Part shown: positions 1-9,752 of the stretch, one piece after another
How the letters are laid out: each line of letters opens with the position of its first letter
How positions within the stretch are numbered: the first letter of the stretch is position 1
Source of the DNA: a virus
Taxonomy: Duplodnaviria; Caudoviricetes
Reading direction: 5' to 3' (one strand)
DNA: 55,312 nucleotides
IMG/VR virus record: IMGVR_UViG_3300020182_002848
Coordinates: 1-55,312 of that record
Program-made: the position numbers and the translations under genes
Notes under the pieces: model-generated
Database searches by the model: none
Seen by the model: the letters and a program-made list of their open reading frames with translations, nothing else
Told to the model about the DNA's origin: nothing

Positions 1-306
1 ACAGGTGATGATGTTATGTCTGCAGGATCAAATACATCAGGATATGGTAATAGAACATTATTTGGTCCTGAAGGAGCAATAGCATTAAATAATAAAGATA
101 CAGTTATAGCAGGTACAAATTTATTTCCTAAAGGAAATGATGTAGTATCAGGGCCTGCAGGTTCTGTACAAATGCCAGATAATTCAGAAGCTAAAAGAAC
201 AAATGCTTTACTATCAAAACTTATTAACAGACCTGATCCTGTAATCGAAATGAACGGTGATAAATTAGGTACAGCTATTGGGAAATATGCTTATTCTACT
301 CAATAA
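1..306 (+). CDS. C-terminal fragment of a probable tail tape-measure/tail protein (open at window start)
   Basis: Frame is open from base 1 (TGDDVMSAG...). Gly/Asn-rich with repeated 'G.DV.S' and a terminal 'IEMNGDKLG' typical of tape-measure C-termini; precedes baseplate genes. Confidence 0.5.
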   Translation, partial: TGDDVMSAGSNTSGYGNRTLFGPEGAIALNNKDTVIAGTNLFPKGNDVVSGPAGSVQMPDNSEAKRTNALLSKLINRPDPVIEMNGDKLGTAIGKYAYSTQ

Positions 307-320
307 ACTATACTTTTACA

Positions 321-329
321 ATATTTATA
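321..329 (+). promoter_or_regulatory. Putative late promoter ATATTTATA
   Basis: Motif recurs at gene boundaries: 16031, 18594, 19532, 49435, 51091, 53118. Confidence 0.5.
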
Positions 330-360
330 ATAAATGTTTAACAATTAAAAATTCAAAATT

Positions 361-543
361 ATGCCTTTACTTAAAAAACTTGAAACTGAAGGATCTGTAT
401 TGACCCCATTACAAGGTCAACAACCAGTATCTTCATTACAATCAGGAGCAATTCCAGTAAATAATACATTCTCAAAAGGAACGTATGTTGATTATGTTTC
501 TGAAACACCAAGAGCAGTAGATACAACAGGTAACGTACAGTAA
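361..543 (+). CDS. Small hypothetical structural protein
   Basis: 60 aa ORF between a late motif and the baseplate genes. Confidence 0.6.
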   Translation: MPLLKKLETEGSVLTPLQGQQPVSSLQSGAIPVNNTFSKGTYVDYVSETPRAVDTTGNVQ

Positions 544-546
544 CCT

Positions 547-2562
547 ATGCCCTTAATTAATCGAAGAACCGACCTTAAATCCTTAAGGTATGGAAGTGAT
601 AGAATAGATAATGGTTCAAGTAACCAACCTTATGTCAAATCTTCTATACCAAGTGGATCCGGCCCGGGTCTAGGCGATGCTGATTTCCTCTTAAGAGGGG
701 GATCATTATTACCTAGAACTGTGGGAAGGGATGTTTCTAGGTTAACACAAATGATGTTTGATTTTAAATCTCCAAATGGACTTTTATTTTCAGTAAAACA
801 GAATCTTTTATCAAGATCCGCTGTTAACCCAATGGCGACTTCAAATGATGGTTCTGTAATAAACCTGTTAAGTAACCCTAATAAGTTACCTTTAAATAAT
901 GGTATTTACTTACCAACATCAACTATACTACAAGCAGCTGCAAACCCTTTAGGGGGACATTTACTAAAACAGGGAATTAACCCTTTTAAAAGTACTAATG
1001 ATGTTGCTAAGGGTAATATCTTATCTACAGGGTTTGGACCTGATTTACCTTTATCTATGCCCATTTACTTGGATACAGATGCTTACAATGAAAGAGTAAA
1101 TACACAAGGAGAACCTACTAGTAGATTATTATCTTTTACAAATTCCTTTATAAAAAGGGGAATAAATGATCCATTTGAAGATACACCTGGTTATTTTGTT
1201 TTAAATAATGACCCAAATCTTTATTCATACTCAGGAGGTCCTGGGTCAACATTGGGAGTAGGAAAAACAATAGTTCCTATAAAAAGTAGAACAGGAGTAA
1301 ATAATCCATTTTTAGCTGGGTATAAATCTAAAACTGATAGATTTTTTAATAATTTTAAAAAAATAGGTAGTGGAATTAATGCCTTTGAAGATTATTCAGT
1401 ATTTAGTAAACCAAGATCAGTAAATTTTCAAGGTGCAAAGATATTTAATGGTACATTAAGTACAGTATATCAAAATATTACTAACACCGATTTATTCCAA
1501 AACCAATTTAAAAAAGTAAATAGTGATACTAGTGCCTTAAGAACAAAAGATAATAGTGTTTTCCAATCAGGTTCATTTGACCCACAAGCACCTTCAGTTG
1601 TTCCCGGCTTATCAGATACTCTTAATTACAACCAGTTAATGGTTGCAGGTAATTCTGGATCTGTAGATAATGCCATATTACAAGATTTTAGACAAAATAC
1701 AGAAAATAGAGATATAAAACCTAAATCTATAGACTATACATCTCCTAATCAAAGGTTAGATGGCAGAGTCAATCTAGGTTCCCCAGGATCAAAATTTGAA
1801 AGAAAAAGCTATGTAATAGGAAGAGGTACATCATTAGATAAAATTAATTCTTTACCTTTATATCAATCTAGTAAAGTTGATAATCAAAAAACAGTAAATG
1901 ATTTATGTAAATTTAGAATAGGTATAGTTAATAATAATGACCCTAACTTAAAAACATATATTCATTTTAGAGCCTTTTTAGATGGTATGGATGATTCTTA
2001 TGCTGCTGAATGGGCTTCTCAAAAATACATGGGAAGAGCAGAAAGTTTATATAATTATCAAGGATTTGATCGCACCGTTAATTTATCCTGGACAGTTGCC
2101 GCGCAATCAAAACAGGAATTAATACCTATGTATAAAAAACTAAATTATTTAGCATCTGTTTGTGCTCCTGATTATTCAGATTCTGGGTATATGAGAGGTA
2201 ATTTAATAGAACTAACAGTTGGTGGTTACATATATGAACAAATGGGGATAATGCAAGGAATTAGTTACACTGTACCTCAAGATTCTCCATGGGAGATAGG
2301 AATTAATGATTCTTCAATAAATACAGAGGGATTTGATAAAAATAGATCTGATGATACTGTAAAAGAATTACCTATGATGATTAAAGTATCAGGCTTTTCA
2401 TTTAAACCCATTCAAAACTTTGTACCTAATAAACAAATTAATACATTCCAAGAGGTTGGAAATGAAGGACCTAATTCAAATGGAGATATAGCTGGGTATG
2501 GTCCACAACAATTTATATCATTAAAAAATAGTCGAAGTAATAATTACGATTCAAATGGGTAG
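547..2562 (+). CDS. Baseplate/tail-tube initiator-like protein
   Basis: C-terminal 'FRAFLDGMDDSY..W....YMGRAE..Y.YQGFDRTVNLSWTV....ELIPMYKKLNYL' resembles the contractile-tail tube-initiator domain; lies upstream of a LysM-like wedge gene. Confidence 0.6.
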   Translation: MPLINRRTDLKSLRYGSDRIDNGSSNQPYVKSSIPSGSGPGLGDADFLLRGGSLLPRTVGRDVSRLTQMMFDFKSPNGLLFSVKQNLLSRSAVNPMATSNDGSVINLLSNPNKLPLNNGIYLPTSTILQAAANPLGGHLLKQGINPFKSTNDVAKGNILSTGFGPDLPLSMPIYLDTDAYNERVNTQGEPTSRLLSFTNSFIKRGINDPFEDTPGYFVLNNDPNLYSYSGGPGSTLGVGKTIVPIKSRTGVNNPFLAGYKSKTDRFFNNFKKIGSGINAFEDYSVFSKPRSVNFQGAKIFNGTLSTVYQNITNTDLFQNQFKKVNSDTSALRTKDNSVFQSGSFDPQAPSVVPGLSDTLNYNQLMVAGNSGSVDNAILQDFRQNTENRDIKPKSIDYTSPNQRLDGRVNLGSPGSKFERKSYVIGRGTSLDKINSLPLYQSSKVDNQKTVNDLCKFRIGIVNNNDPNLKTYIHFRAFLDGMDDSYAAEWASQKYMGRAESLYNYQGFDRTVNLSWTVAAQSKQELIPMYKKLNYLASVCAPDYSDSGYMRGNLIELTVGGYIYEQMGIMQGISYTVPQDSPWEIGINDSSINTEGFDKNRSDDTVKELPMMIKVSGFSFKPIQNFVPNKQINTFQEVGNEGPNSNGDIAGYGPQQFISLKNSRSNNYDSNG

Positions 2563-2857
2563 ATATTCAGGAGTAATAACAAAAAGCACAGTTGGAGGAA
2601 AGAGGTATAAAAAAACAGTAAAATACCCTAACATTCCCCTAAGTTTTGATGATATCTATGTTTATACAGAGATACTTGATAGATTTGACATATTAGCTCA
2701 ATCTTATTATGGCGATCCACAACTATGGTGGGTAATTTCAATAGCTAATCCTCAATTAGAACAAGGCTCAATATACCCACCAGAGGGAATACAGATAAGA
2801 ATTCCGGGGAATATTGGTGGAATAATATTATCTTATGAGAAATTAAATGGAATTTAA
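2555..2857 (+). CDS. LysM-like baseplate wedge protein (gp53/gpX-like)
   Basis: 'DRFDILAQSYYGDPQLWWVISIAN...GIQIRIP' signature. Confidence 0.75.
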   Translation: MGRYSGVITKSTVGGKRYKKTVKYPNIPLSFDDIYVYTEILDRFDILAQSYYGDPQLWWVISIANPQLEQGSIYPPEGIQIRIPGNIGGIILSYEKLNGI

Positions 2858-2859
2858 TT

Positions 2860-5800
2860 ATGGCCGGAAATATAATAGGAGAACCAATAGATGCAACTAT
2901 ACTCGAGCAAATAGATAACAGACAATCTGTTAGTGGTGCTGGATATAATAGTAGTTCTATTCCAAGATCTCCTCAAGTTTTAAATTTTTTAAATAATAGA
3001 AGTTCTTGGGTAAAAATGGCTTCTGGTGTTTCTTTAGAAGAAGATGCCTTATTTCAGTTAGAAGAAATATCAAAACAAGAAGGAGGATACATTAGTGAGG
3101 ATGAAATTCAAAATCTTAAAGGTACAAGCTTAGCTAAAAATTTAGTATTATTCAATACAATCCAATCCTTTGATGCCCAGGGTAAAAAGGAATATACCCC
3201 AAGAAGTGGAGTTAGAAATGATAATTTACTTCAAAATAACCTTGGTAAAATGTATGGTGGTTTGGGTGGTAATTCCCAAGGATTACAACCTATAGGAGGT
3301 ATTACTGATATTAGTGTAGAGAATATTAATAGGGGATCGATTGCAAAAGCAACAGTAAATATTAAAGTATATAATCGTTTCCAATTTAATTTAATAGACT
3401 TAGCTTATTTAAAACTAGGTTATATAATGATGTTAGAATGGGGTTGGGATAAATATATTGATAATGTTGATAAAGAAAATAATAGTGTTACTATTAAGGA
3501 TATGCCTTATACCATAATTGAAAAAGAATGGTTTGATGGAAAAAGTTATACCCAAAAAAATATCTTAAATTTAATTAATCAAAAAAGATTTCAACATAAA
3601 GGAAATTATGATGGGTTTTTTGGTAAAGTATCTAATTATACTTGGAAAGCAAACCCTGATGGTAGTTTTAATATAACTATAGATTTAATTACCTTAGGTA
3701 GTGTAATAGAATCCCTAAAAGTTAATCTATCTCCAGAAGTACCTATTGATGAAGCAACACTTAAAAATAATCAAAAAAAGTTAGCTGAATTATTAGATGT
3801 AGACGAAGGAGAAGAAGGAGAATATGATAGCCCCTTAATTAATAATATGGGAGGAGATAAATTATCTATATTTTTATCTTCAACTGTAGTTAATTTCCCT
3901 GAAAAAAACTTAGATCATGTTTTTTTACCTGCTTTAACAACAGAACTTATTCCTTTATCATACGGTAATATAGCAACAATAGGTGCCATCCCAGTAGTGG
4001 GAACGTTGGCTGCTCCCGCCTTAGCACTTGCCAAATATTTAACTTCTTACACAGGTAATATTCCTGAAGAAGATCGTTATTTTGTAAGATTAGGTTTATT
4101 TTTAGATAAATTAAAAGGATTAACTATCCCTTATGTAAAAAATGGGGATTCATTAAAACAACCTTCTTTAGATGTAGATACTGGTGTAACTAATAATATT
4201 TGTAATTATGTTACTAATTTAATACCCTTAGATCCTTCTATATGTGTTTTTTCAATTCAATTATCTGAGGAATATGATAGAATAACTTATTTAGATGTCC
4301 CTAAATATAATTCTAATATGCGAACCTTTGCAATTAACAATGATGGGGTAGTATATGGACAAATAATGAATATTAACATGAATATTAATTTTCTTCAAAA
4401 AGCTATTGTGGATAATGTTGATAAAGATGGTAATTTAACTTTATTTAGTTTATTAGAAACTATATGTGATGGGATAAACCAATGTACCGGAGGAGCTACT
4501 ATGTTAGAACCTGCTATTAAAAATGATAATATCATATATATATTAGAACAAAACTCAATTAAGGGTTTCGGATTTGACAAAACAGATACAGCCCCAATAG
4601 ATATCCAAGGATACTCAGAAAATGGTCAATCAAATTTTGTACAAGATTTTTCATTTAATACCAAAATAACCCCTGATATGATGTCAATGATATCAATTGG
4701 AGCGACAGCTGAGGGAATTGATAGCAGACAAATAAATGCTTCTCCTTGGAAAAAATGGTATAAAGGAGTAAAAAATAGATTTGAGGAATCTTATGTAACT
4801 AAAGATAAGACAGTTGCAGAACCTTCTTTAGCTGAAAGGTGGCAAACACCTGAAAAAACAATTATAGCTAGGTTTAAAAGTGATCTTTTAGCTGGAAATA
4901 TAGATTATGACCATATTGCTCTTGCAGGATATGATTGGGAATGGAATAATCACGATTTAGCAGATATAGACCCTCCTGGTGCTTTTAATAGTGGGTTTTT
5001 TACTAGTAATAAAACAGCAGCAGATGAGTTAATTGGTAAGGATGGTATATTATCCCCACTAGCACAGGAAGTTGTAAGAAGAGTATGGGAAGTTGAAGAT
5101 GAAGATTATGAATTCCAAGTAGCAAATAATCTTACTGTAGTAGCAGATGAAACTGATGTACCTGAAGGTGAAGAATATAAACAATATTTTGTAAATGCCT
5201 TTGGTGGTAAAACGGGAACAGCGGATAAAAGAACTTTTTGGCCTGGTTATAGAGAGCTAGATGTAGATAGGGACGATAGTTTATGGTGGTATGGTAAGGA
5301 TAATAGTGATTTTATTAATAGAGGTAAAACTGCATTTAATACCTATATTGCCGACATAAACAATGCAGAATCTAAAGCAAACCCAGATAATGCCGCTAGT
5401 ACTAATGGTTTTATTCCTGTTGAGTTAGGTTTAACAGTAGATGGTATAAGTGGAGTAAAAGTATACCAAAAATTAGAAGTAACTCAAAGATTTTTACCTG
5501 TATCTTATAGTAAAGCATTAAGATTTGTTATACGTGGGGTTAACCATAAAATAACAGGTAATCAATGGATAACAGATTTAAAGACCATCTCTACATCTAT
5601 AAGTGATATGAAATCTAATGTTGAAGCTAAAACTACTTATAAGAAGAAAAAGACTAATTCTACGGCTCCTAAAACACCCGTTAAGATAATAGGTCCTTTA
5701 CCTCCAAAAAATCCAAACGACAAATTAAAAATTTATGATAATAGGACAGTAGCAGGAATACCTTATGACCCAAATACATACGGATCATACCAGAGTATAG

Positions 5801-6252
5801 ATTGGTTAGTTGGTGAGATGAATAAAAATACTCAAGATCAATGGAGAGGATTTTTAAATGCTTTAAACGAAAGATATCCTGGATATGAATTAAAAATTAA
5901 TGCTACTTATCGTACATATCAAAGATCAATAGAATTAAAGGCTATCAACTCAAGCAATGCTACTCCTGGGAAATCACCTCATAATTATGCCTTAGGTGTA
6001 GATATGAATGTTAAGGATCCAAACGGTAAAGTTTATCTTAAAAAGGACTATAGCTCTTGGAAGGCATCAGGAATCCCAGAAATTGCAGTTAAAGAATTTA
6101 AAATGAGATGGGGAGGTGATTTTAGTGGATACTTAGATTGTGTTCATTTTGATGTTTCAAGAGCAACTCCTACTATACTAGCAAACGCTAAAAAAGAAAA
6201 CCCAGGTCTCCCTCAAAAACAATGGGATACTCAAAATACTAGCTTAACATAA
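2860..6252 (+). CDS. Baseplate hub-like protein with C-terminal M15 (L-Ala-D-Glu/D,D-) peptidase domain
   Basis: N-terminal 'MLEWGW...GNYDGFFGKVSNYTW' hub-like segment; C-terminal 'YRT...ATPGKSPHNYALGVD...WGGDF...DCVHFD' matches M15 zinc peptidase motifs. Confidence 0.7.
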   Translation: MAGNIIGEPIDATILEQIDNRQSVSGAGYNSSSIPRSPQVLNFLNNRSSWVKMASGVSLEEDALFQLEEISKQEGGYISEDEIQNLKGTSLAKNLVLFNTIQSFDAQGKKEYTPRSGVRNDNLLQNNLGKMYGGLGGNSQGLQPIGGITDISVENINRGSIAKATVNIKVYNRFQFNLIDLAYLKLGYIMMLEWGWDKYIDNVDKENNSVTIKDMPYTIIEKEWFDGKSYTQKNILNLINQKRFQHKGNYDGFFGKVSNYTWKANPDGSFNITIDLITLGSVIESLKVNLSPEVPIDEATLKNNQKKLAELLDVDEGEEGEYDSPLINNMGGDKLSIFLSSTVVNFPEKNLDHVFLPALTTELIPLSYGNIATIGAIPVVGTLAAPALALAKYLTSYTGNIPEEDRYFVRLGLFLDKLKGLTIPYVKNGDSLKQPSLDVDTGVTNNICNYVTNLIPLDPSICVFSIQLSEEYDRITYLDVPKYNSNMRTFAINNDGVVYGQIMNINMNINFLQKAIVDNVDKDGNLTLFSLLETICDGINQCTGGATMLEPAIKNDNIIYILEQNSIKGFGFDKTDTAPIDIQGYSENGQSNFVQDFSFNTKITPDMMSMISIGATAEGIDSRQINASPWKKWYKGVKNRFEESYVTKDKTVAEPSLAERWQTPEKTIIARFKSDLLAGNIDYDHIALAGYDWEWNNHDLADIDPPGAFNSGFFTSNKTAADELIGKDGILSPLAQEVVRRVWEVEDEDYEFQVANNLTVVADETDVPEGEEYKQYFVNAFGGKTGTADKRTFWPGYRELDVDRDDSLWWYGKDNSDFINRGKTAFNTYIADINNAESKANPDNAASTNGFIPVELGLTVDGISGVKVYQKLEVTQRFLPVSYSKALRFVIRGVNHKITGNQWITDLKTISTSISDMKSNVEAKTTYKKKKTNSTAPKTPVKIIGPLPPKNPNDKLKIYDNRTVAGIPYDPNTYGSYQSIDWLVGEMNKNTQDQWRGFLNALNERYPGYELKINATYRTYQRSIELKAINSSNATPGKSPHNYALGVDMNVKDPNGKVYLKKDYSSWKASGIPEIAVKEFKMRWGGDFSGYLDCVHFDVSRATPTILANAKKENPGLPQKQWDTQNTSLT

Positions 6253-7091
6253 TGTATTATCCAAAATCTCAAATATTACCTAATTTATACACTAATGGTG
6301 AAGAATATATTTATTCATCAAATAGTAAAGAATATATAGGTTCTTATTTTGCAACTGCTGATGGTAAATTTTTTACAGGAGTTAACCCAAATGATAAACC
6401 TAACCATAGATTAACCCCATTATCAAATACCCCTGAAAGTAAAGACCCAACATATCAATCAGAAGATATCCCAGAAGATTACTATGTAATAGATGATTAT
6501 TATTATTATGCTAAAGGGGTAAATATATTTAATATGGGAACTCCACCACCTCTCCCTAAAAGCGCATTCCCAACTCCATCTCAAAAAGATTATGAAATAG
6601 GTGAAATTCAAAGGTATTTTATTAAAAAATATAATGAAGTATTATATATAGAAATTGATAAAGAAGATTACCCTAAATATGTTAAAAGAACACAACAAGT
6701 AAATTCTAGCTTATATTTACCCTTTACACTTCCTTGGATTATAACAGGTAATAGAAAAGAGGCATTTAAAATAAATAAAGCATCGGTTAATAGAATAGAA
6801 AGAAATAATTCAATACAAGGTTTTAAATCCTACTTTAAAGGAAGATTTGACCAATTATTTAAATATTCTAAAAATGAAAACTTGTACACTGAAGGGAAAG
6901 AATATAGATTATCTTCAAATGGTAAATTTTATAAAGGTTATTATCATATCCACCCACAAAAGGGAGCAATGGAAGGAAGACAACATACAAATACCCCACA
7001 TAATATATTAATACCTGTTAGTGGTTCAAATACTCAATTTATAGTTAATAAAACAGAAACACAAGTAATTAATAAATCTAGTGGTTATTAG
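6252..7091 (+). CDS. Hypothetical baseplate-associated protein with internal repeat
   Basis: Coupled to hub gene (TAATG). 'NLYTNGEEY..Y.G.Y' and 'NLYTEGKEY..Y.G.Y' are repeated at the two ends. Confidence 0.6.
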   Translation: MYYPKSQILPNLYTNGEEYIYSSNSKEYIGSYFATADGKFFTGVNPNDKPNHRLTPLSNTPESKDPTYQSEDIPEDYYVIDDYYYYAKGVNIFNMGTPPPLPKSAFPTPSQKDYEIGEIQRYFIKKYNEVLYIEIDKEDYPKYVKRTQQVNSSLYLPFTLPWIITGNRKEAFKINKASVNRIERNNSIQGFKSYFKGRFDQLFKYSKNENLYTEGKEYRLSSNGKFYKGYYHIHPQKGAMEGRQHTNTPHNILIPVSGSNTQFIVNKTETQVINKSSGY

Positions 7092-7109
7092 ATAAAGGTT
7101 TCGTATATT
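7082..7109 (+). promoter_or_regulatory. Promoter-like motif TGG-N17-CGTATATT
   Basis: Exact motif and spacing at the start of the replication block. Confidence 0.7.
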
Positions 7110-7127
7110 CAAGTAAAATAAGGTTAT

Positions 7128-8399
7128 ATGTACTGGCTTGTAGAAAACAGGGAACAGTTAAATGTTTTAATAAATAGTAGTTATAAAAAAGCGTTCATTG
7201 AGGTAATACCCTTTAATGACACAATACACCCCGTACTAAATCGTGTAAGTTTAGTGTATATTAGACCACTTGAAGCAACAAAAGGCTTTATGGTATGTAT
7301 TGCACATAGTGAATCTTTAAATGTATTAAACACGGGTATAGACAAATTAATAGAAAAATTTGAAGTGTTGTATTGTCGTGATAAAAAGGAAATGTTACAT
7401 TATTTTCCAAACAAAACTCTTTATGACATAACACCACCTCCTCATACGTATATACGTCCTACAACACAAACCCACGATTTATACTACCGTAAACATCAAG
7501 ATAACCGCGAGTTAAACTTAATTATACCGATTGTTAAACACTATGAATTGTGTGAGACGATTTTTAGAGATCTAAAAGCGAATATTAACATAGAAAAAAC
7601 AAAATATGATGAATTCTTTAACAATAAAGTATCCTTGGTATTCAACGCTATCGAGAGAAATGGAGTACGAATACACAATAAAACCTTCGAAGAATATTTC
7701 CATCCCGTTGATGGTGAATACGTCTACACTCAGTTCAACTTAAAAACAACAACAACAAGACCATCAAATAAATTTAAAAATGTAAATTATGCCGCACTTA
7801 ATAAAGAAAACGGATGTAGAAAAAGTTTTATACCACGTAATAATAGGCTTGTGGAAATTGACATCAGCGCTTACCATCCTAGCTTGTCTGCTCGCCTTAT
7901 TGGTTATGATTTTGCCAATGTTGATATTCACGCTCATTTTGCAACCCTATATGGAGTGGATTATAAAAAATCGAAAGAACTTACCTTCAAACAGCTCTAT
8001 GGAGGCGTTTTTGATAATTACAAAGGCTTGGAATTCTTTCAAAAAATCGAAAAATACGTATTAAGTCTCTGGAGTAAGTTTGAAAGCGACGGGTTTGTAG
8101 AATGTGAGGTTTCTGGATATAGATATGAAAAGGAAAAATTGCAAAATATGAATCCGCAAAAACTCTTTAATTATATATTACAAAATTTGGAGACGTCAAT
8201 GAATGTTCGTATATTATGGGATATGTTTTGTATACTAAGAAATTGCAAAACAAAATTGGTATTATATACTTATGATTCGTTTTTATTTGATTTAGACGAT
8301 AGTGAGGAAAATATACTAGAAGAAATTAAAAATGTATTTAAAAAATACAAATTAAATATTAAAGAAATAGAAGGTTATGATTACAATTTTACAGAATAG
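7128..8399 (+). CDS. Short family-A DNA polymerase-like protein
   Basis: 'TTTTRPS', motif A 'VEIDISAYHP', motif B 'KSKELTFKQLYG', 'NYILQ', motif C 'YTYDSFLFD'. Confidence 0.75.
   Translation: MYWLVENREQLNVLINSSYKKAFIEVIPFNDTIHPVLNRVSLVYIRPLEATKGFMVCIAHSESLNVLNTGIDKLIEKFEVLYCRDKKEMLHYFPNKTLYDITPPPHTYIRPTTQTHDLYYRKHQDNRELNLIIPIVKHYELCETIFRDLKANINIEKTKYDEFFNNKVSLVFNAIERNGVRIHNKTFEEYFHPVDGEYVYTQFNLKTTTTRPSNKFKNVNYAALNKENGCRKSFIPRNNRLVEIDISAYHPSLSARLIGYDFANVDIHAHFATLYGVDYKKSKELTFKQLYGGVFDNYKGLEFFQKIEKYVLSLWSKFESDGFVECEVSGYRYEKEKLQNMNPQKLFNYILQNLETSMNVRILWDMFCILRNCKTKLVLYTYDSFLFDLDDSEENILEEIKNVFKKYKLNIKEIEGYDYNFTE
8188..8215 (+). promoter_or_regulatory. Intragenic TGG-N17-CGTATATT motif
   Basis: Exact consensus and spacing inside the 3' part of the polA-like gene. 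Confidence 0.5.
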
Positions 8400-8844
8400 A
8401 ACCAATACGTATAATGCGAATTATGATGTTATAAAAGACATCCAAAACGCAGGAGATTTGAATAATAAATTATTTTGTACGTTTACAGACCTAGATGGTT
8501 TAGACGCACTTATTGAAGATATACAGTCAAAATATACAATTATATACAACAAAATGTTTGTCCTCGAGATCGTGGGTAAAGATGAATATGTTGTAACTTA
8601 TAATGTAGACCAAGGAAATGTACATACAATACCAGATAATACTATTTTAGTACATAGAAAAAAGGAATCTAATACCTTATACACAATTAATGCCCTTAAC
8701 GAACTTATTAAAAAGTTAAATGGTGGTGTAGTAGACACTAAATATAAAGTAGATTGGCAACATTATAGAAATTGTGTTTTACTTACACAGCACAATGATT
8801 TAAATCAATTAAATACAAAAATACATAAAATAATCGAAGTATAA
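8377..8844 (+). CDS. Hypothetical protein (true start may be TTG at 8458)
   Basis: ORF between the polA-like gene and SSB; 'NNKLFCTF...HRKKESNTLYTINALN'. Confidence 0.65.
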   Translation: MITILQNRTNTYNANYDVIKDIQNAGDLNNKLFCTFTDLDGLDALIEDIQSKYTIIYNKMFVLEIVGKDEYVVTYNVDQGNVHTIPDNTILVHRKKESNTLYTINALNELIKKLNGGVVDTKYKVDWQHYRNCVLLTQHNDLNQLNTKIHKIIEV

Positions 8845-8846
8845 TT

Positions 8847-8874
8847 TGGTTCCCCAAATTCCATTTCGTATATT
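8847..8874 (+). promoter_or_regulatory. Promoter-like motif TGG-N17-CGTATATT
   Basis: Exact motif, intergenic, upstream of SSB. Confidence 0.7.
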
Positions 8875-8916
8875 AGGTTACATATAAACAGTTATAATTA
8901 AAAATAAGTTACAATT

Positions 8917-9750
8917 ATGGATTTAAATGCACTAAAGCAGAAATTGGATACCCTCCAATCCAAACCACAGGGTCAAAAAACAGATTACTCAACCATTTTT
9001 TGGAGACCTACAGTAGGTAAACAGCAAATTAGAATCGTACCATCAGCGTATGATGCTTCAAACCCATTTACTGAGTTGAAGTTTTATTATGGTATTACTA
9101 ATAAGGTAATGATTTCACCTACTAATTTTGGTGAAAAAGACCCAATTGCTCTATTTGCTGGAAAACTACGTGAAGGTGAGTATAATAAAGAGAACTATGT
9201 GTTAGCTAAAAAGTTAGATGCTAAAAACCGTATTTTCGTTCCTGTAGTAGTACGTGGAGAAGAAGATAAAGGTACTAGATTATGGCAATTTGGAAAGCAA
9301 GTATATGAAGAATTATTAGCACTTGCTGTCGATGATGAAATTGGAGATTACACTGATATTGTAAATGGTAGAGACCTTACAGTTGAAACAGTAGGACCAG
9401 AATCAACTGGTACTCCTTATAATAAATCATCAGTACGTGTTCGTTTAAAAACTTCTCCACTTAGTGAAGATGCTTCTCAAGTAGAAGAATGGACAAATAA
9501 ACAACCAAACCCAAAAGATGGTTTATTTAAACGTTTCAGTTTTGATGAAATGAAATCAGCGTTAGAAAAATGGTTATCACCAGAAGAAGATTCTGAAGAA
9601 ATCGTAGCAACACCCGTTACATCAACACCAAAACCACCTTCAAATTTTAGTTTAGATACTAATCAAGCTAAACAAAGCAAGGTAGATAAATTTGATTCTT
9701 TATTTGACAGTAAAGATAGTACTAACGAAGTTGATGATCTACCTTTCTAA
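8917..9750 (+). CDS. Single-stranded DNA-binding protein (T4 gp32-like)
   Basis: 'FWRP..G...IRIVP', 'LWQFGKQVY', 'D...G.D', acidic tail ending 'DDLPF'. Confidence 0.8.
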   Translation: MDLNALKQKLDTLQSKPQGQKTDYSTIFWRPTVGKQQIRIVPSAYDASNPFTELKFYYGITNKVMISPTNFGEKDPIALFAGKLREGEYNKENYVLAKKLDAKNRIFVPVVVRGEEDKGTRLWQFGKQVYEELLALAVDDEIGDYTDIVNGRDLTVETVGPESTGTPYNKSSVRVRLKTSPLSEDASQVEEWTNKQPNPKDGLFKRFSFDEMKSALEKWLSPEEDSEEIVATPVTSTPKPPSNFSLDTNQAKQSKVDKFDSLFDSKDSTNEVDDLPF

Positions 9751-9752
9751 AT

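Noticed and set aside
7421-7452. Anti-SD-like CACCTCCT (minus-strand GAGGAGGTG...ATG TCA TAA minigene) and ATACGTATA inside the polA-like gene
   Set aside because: Explained by the Pro-Pro-Pro-His-Thr-Tyr codons; a single occurrence with no supporting context.
7789-8064. Same-strand alternative-frame ORFs (also 19938, 27483, 35531, 39915, 48021)
   Set aside because: Nested within conserved genes, with no motifs or start signals; likely chance.
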